This document shows positions 63,901 through 64,000 of a DNA stretch of 64,000 nt, piece after piece. This DNA comes from Octopus bimaculoides. Lineage: Eukaryota. The stretch is from the NCBI RefSeq assembly GCF_001194135.2, contig NC_068988.1:42986899-43050898 (forward strand). The letters are read 5' to 3'. How positions within the stretch are numbered: position 1 is the first letter of the stretch; each line of letters begins with the position of its first letter. The position numbers were made by a program, and so were the translations under genes. The notes below the pieces were generated by a model. It saw nothing but the letters and a program-made list of their open reading frames with translations. It did no database searches and was not told where the DNA came from.

Positions 63901-64000
63901 GGATGAAGTGGTAGAAATAGAAGTCTACTGGGAAAAATGCTCTATAGTATGTATCTTTTGCAAAAGGTGTGGCTTTCTACATGTTTTAGAAATTATTATT

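Overview
This is AT-rich eukaryotic non-coding DNA with many assembly gaps (N runs), dominated by di-, tri- and tetranucleotide microsatellites. The repeat families resemble those I recall from octopod cephalopods; this is inference, not a database match. I found no convincing host protein-coding exon, rRNA, true tRNA or CRISPR array. Nearly all ORFs in the track are microsatellite- or gap-derived, and the protein-like ones are transposon relics. SINEs: four tRNA-headed families (working labels A-D, about 40 copies or fragments). LINE relics: RTE-like, CR1-like and R4/Dong-like (restriction-like endonuclease). Penelope-like (GIY-YIG) elements are also present. DNA elements: a decayed mariner, a mariner MITE, a 2.0-kb pogo-like transposon with perfect TIRs nested in a SINE, and Helitron-like and hAT-like short elements. 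The most interesting signals are four. (1) A microsatellite-centred retroelement system: SINE-B copies stack head-to-tail in (ATT)n, and Dong-like LINE ends sit in the same repeats, always on the opposite strand (three loci). (2) One good and several degenerate minimal hammerhead-ribozyme motifs, the best one downstream of a Penelope ORF. (3) Several long fold-back structures. (4) Two repeat-poor islands with Pbx-Hox plus Meis motif clusters. None of these is proven novel. Coordinates were read by eye and are approximate except where TIR or motif ends are stated.
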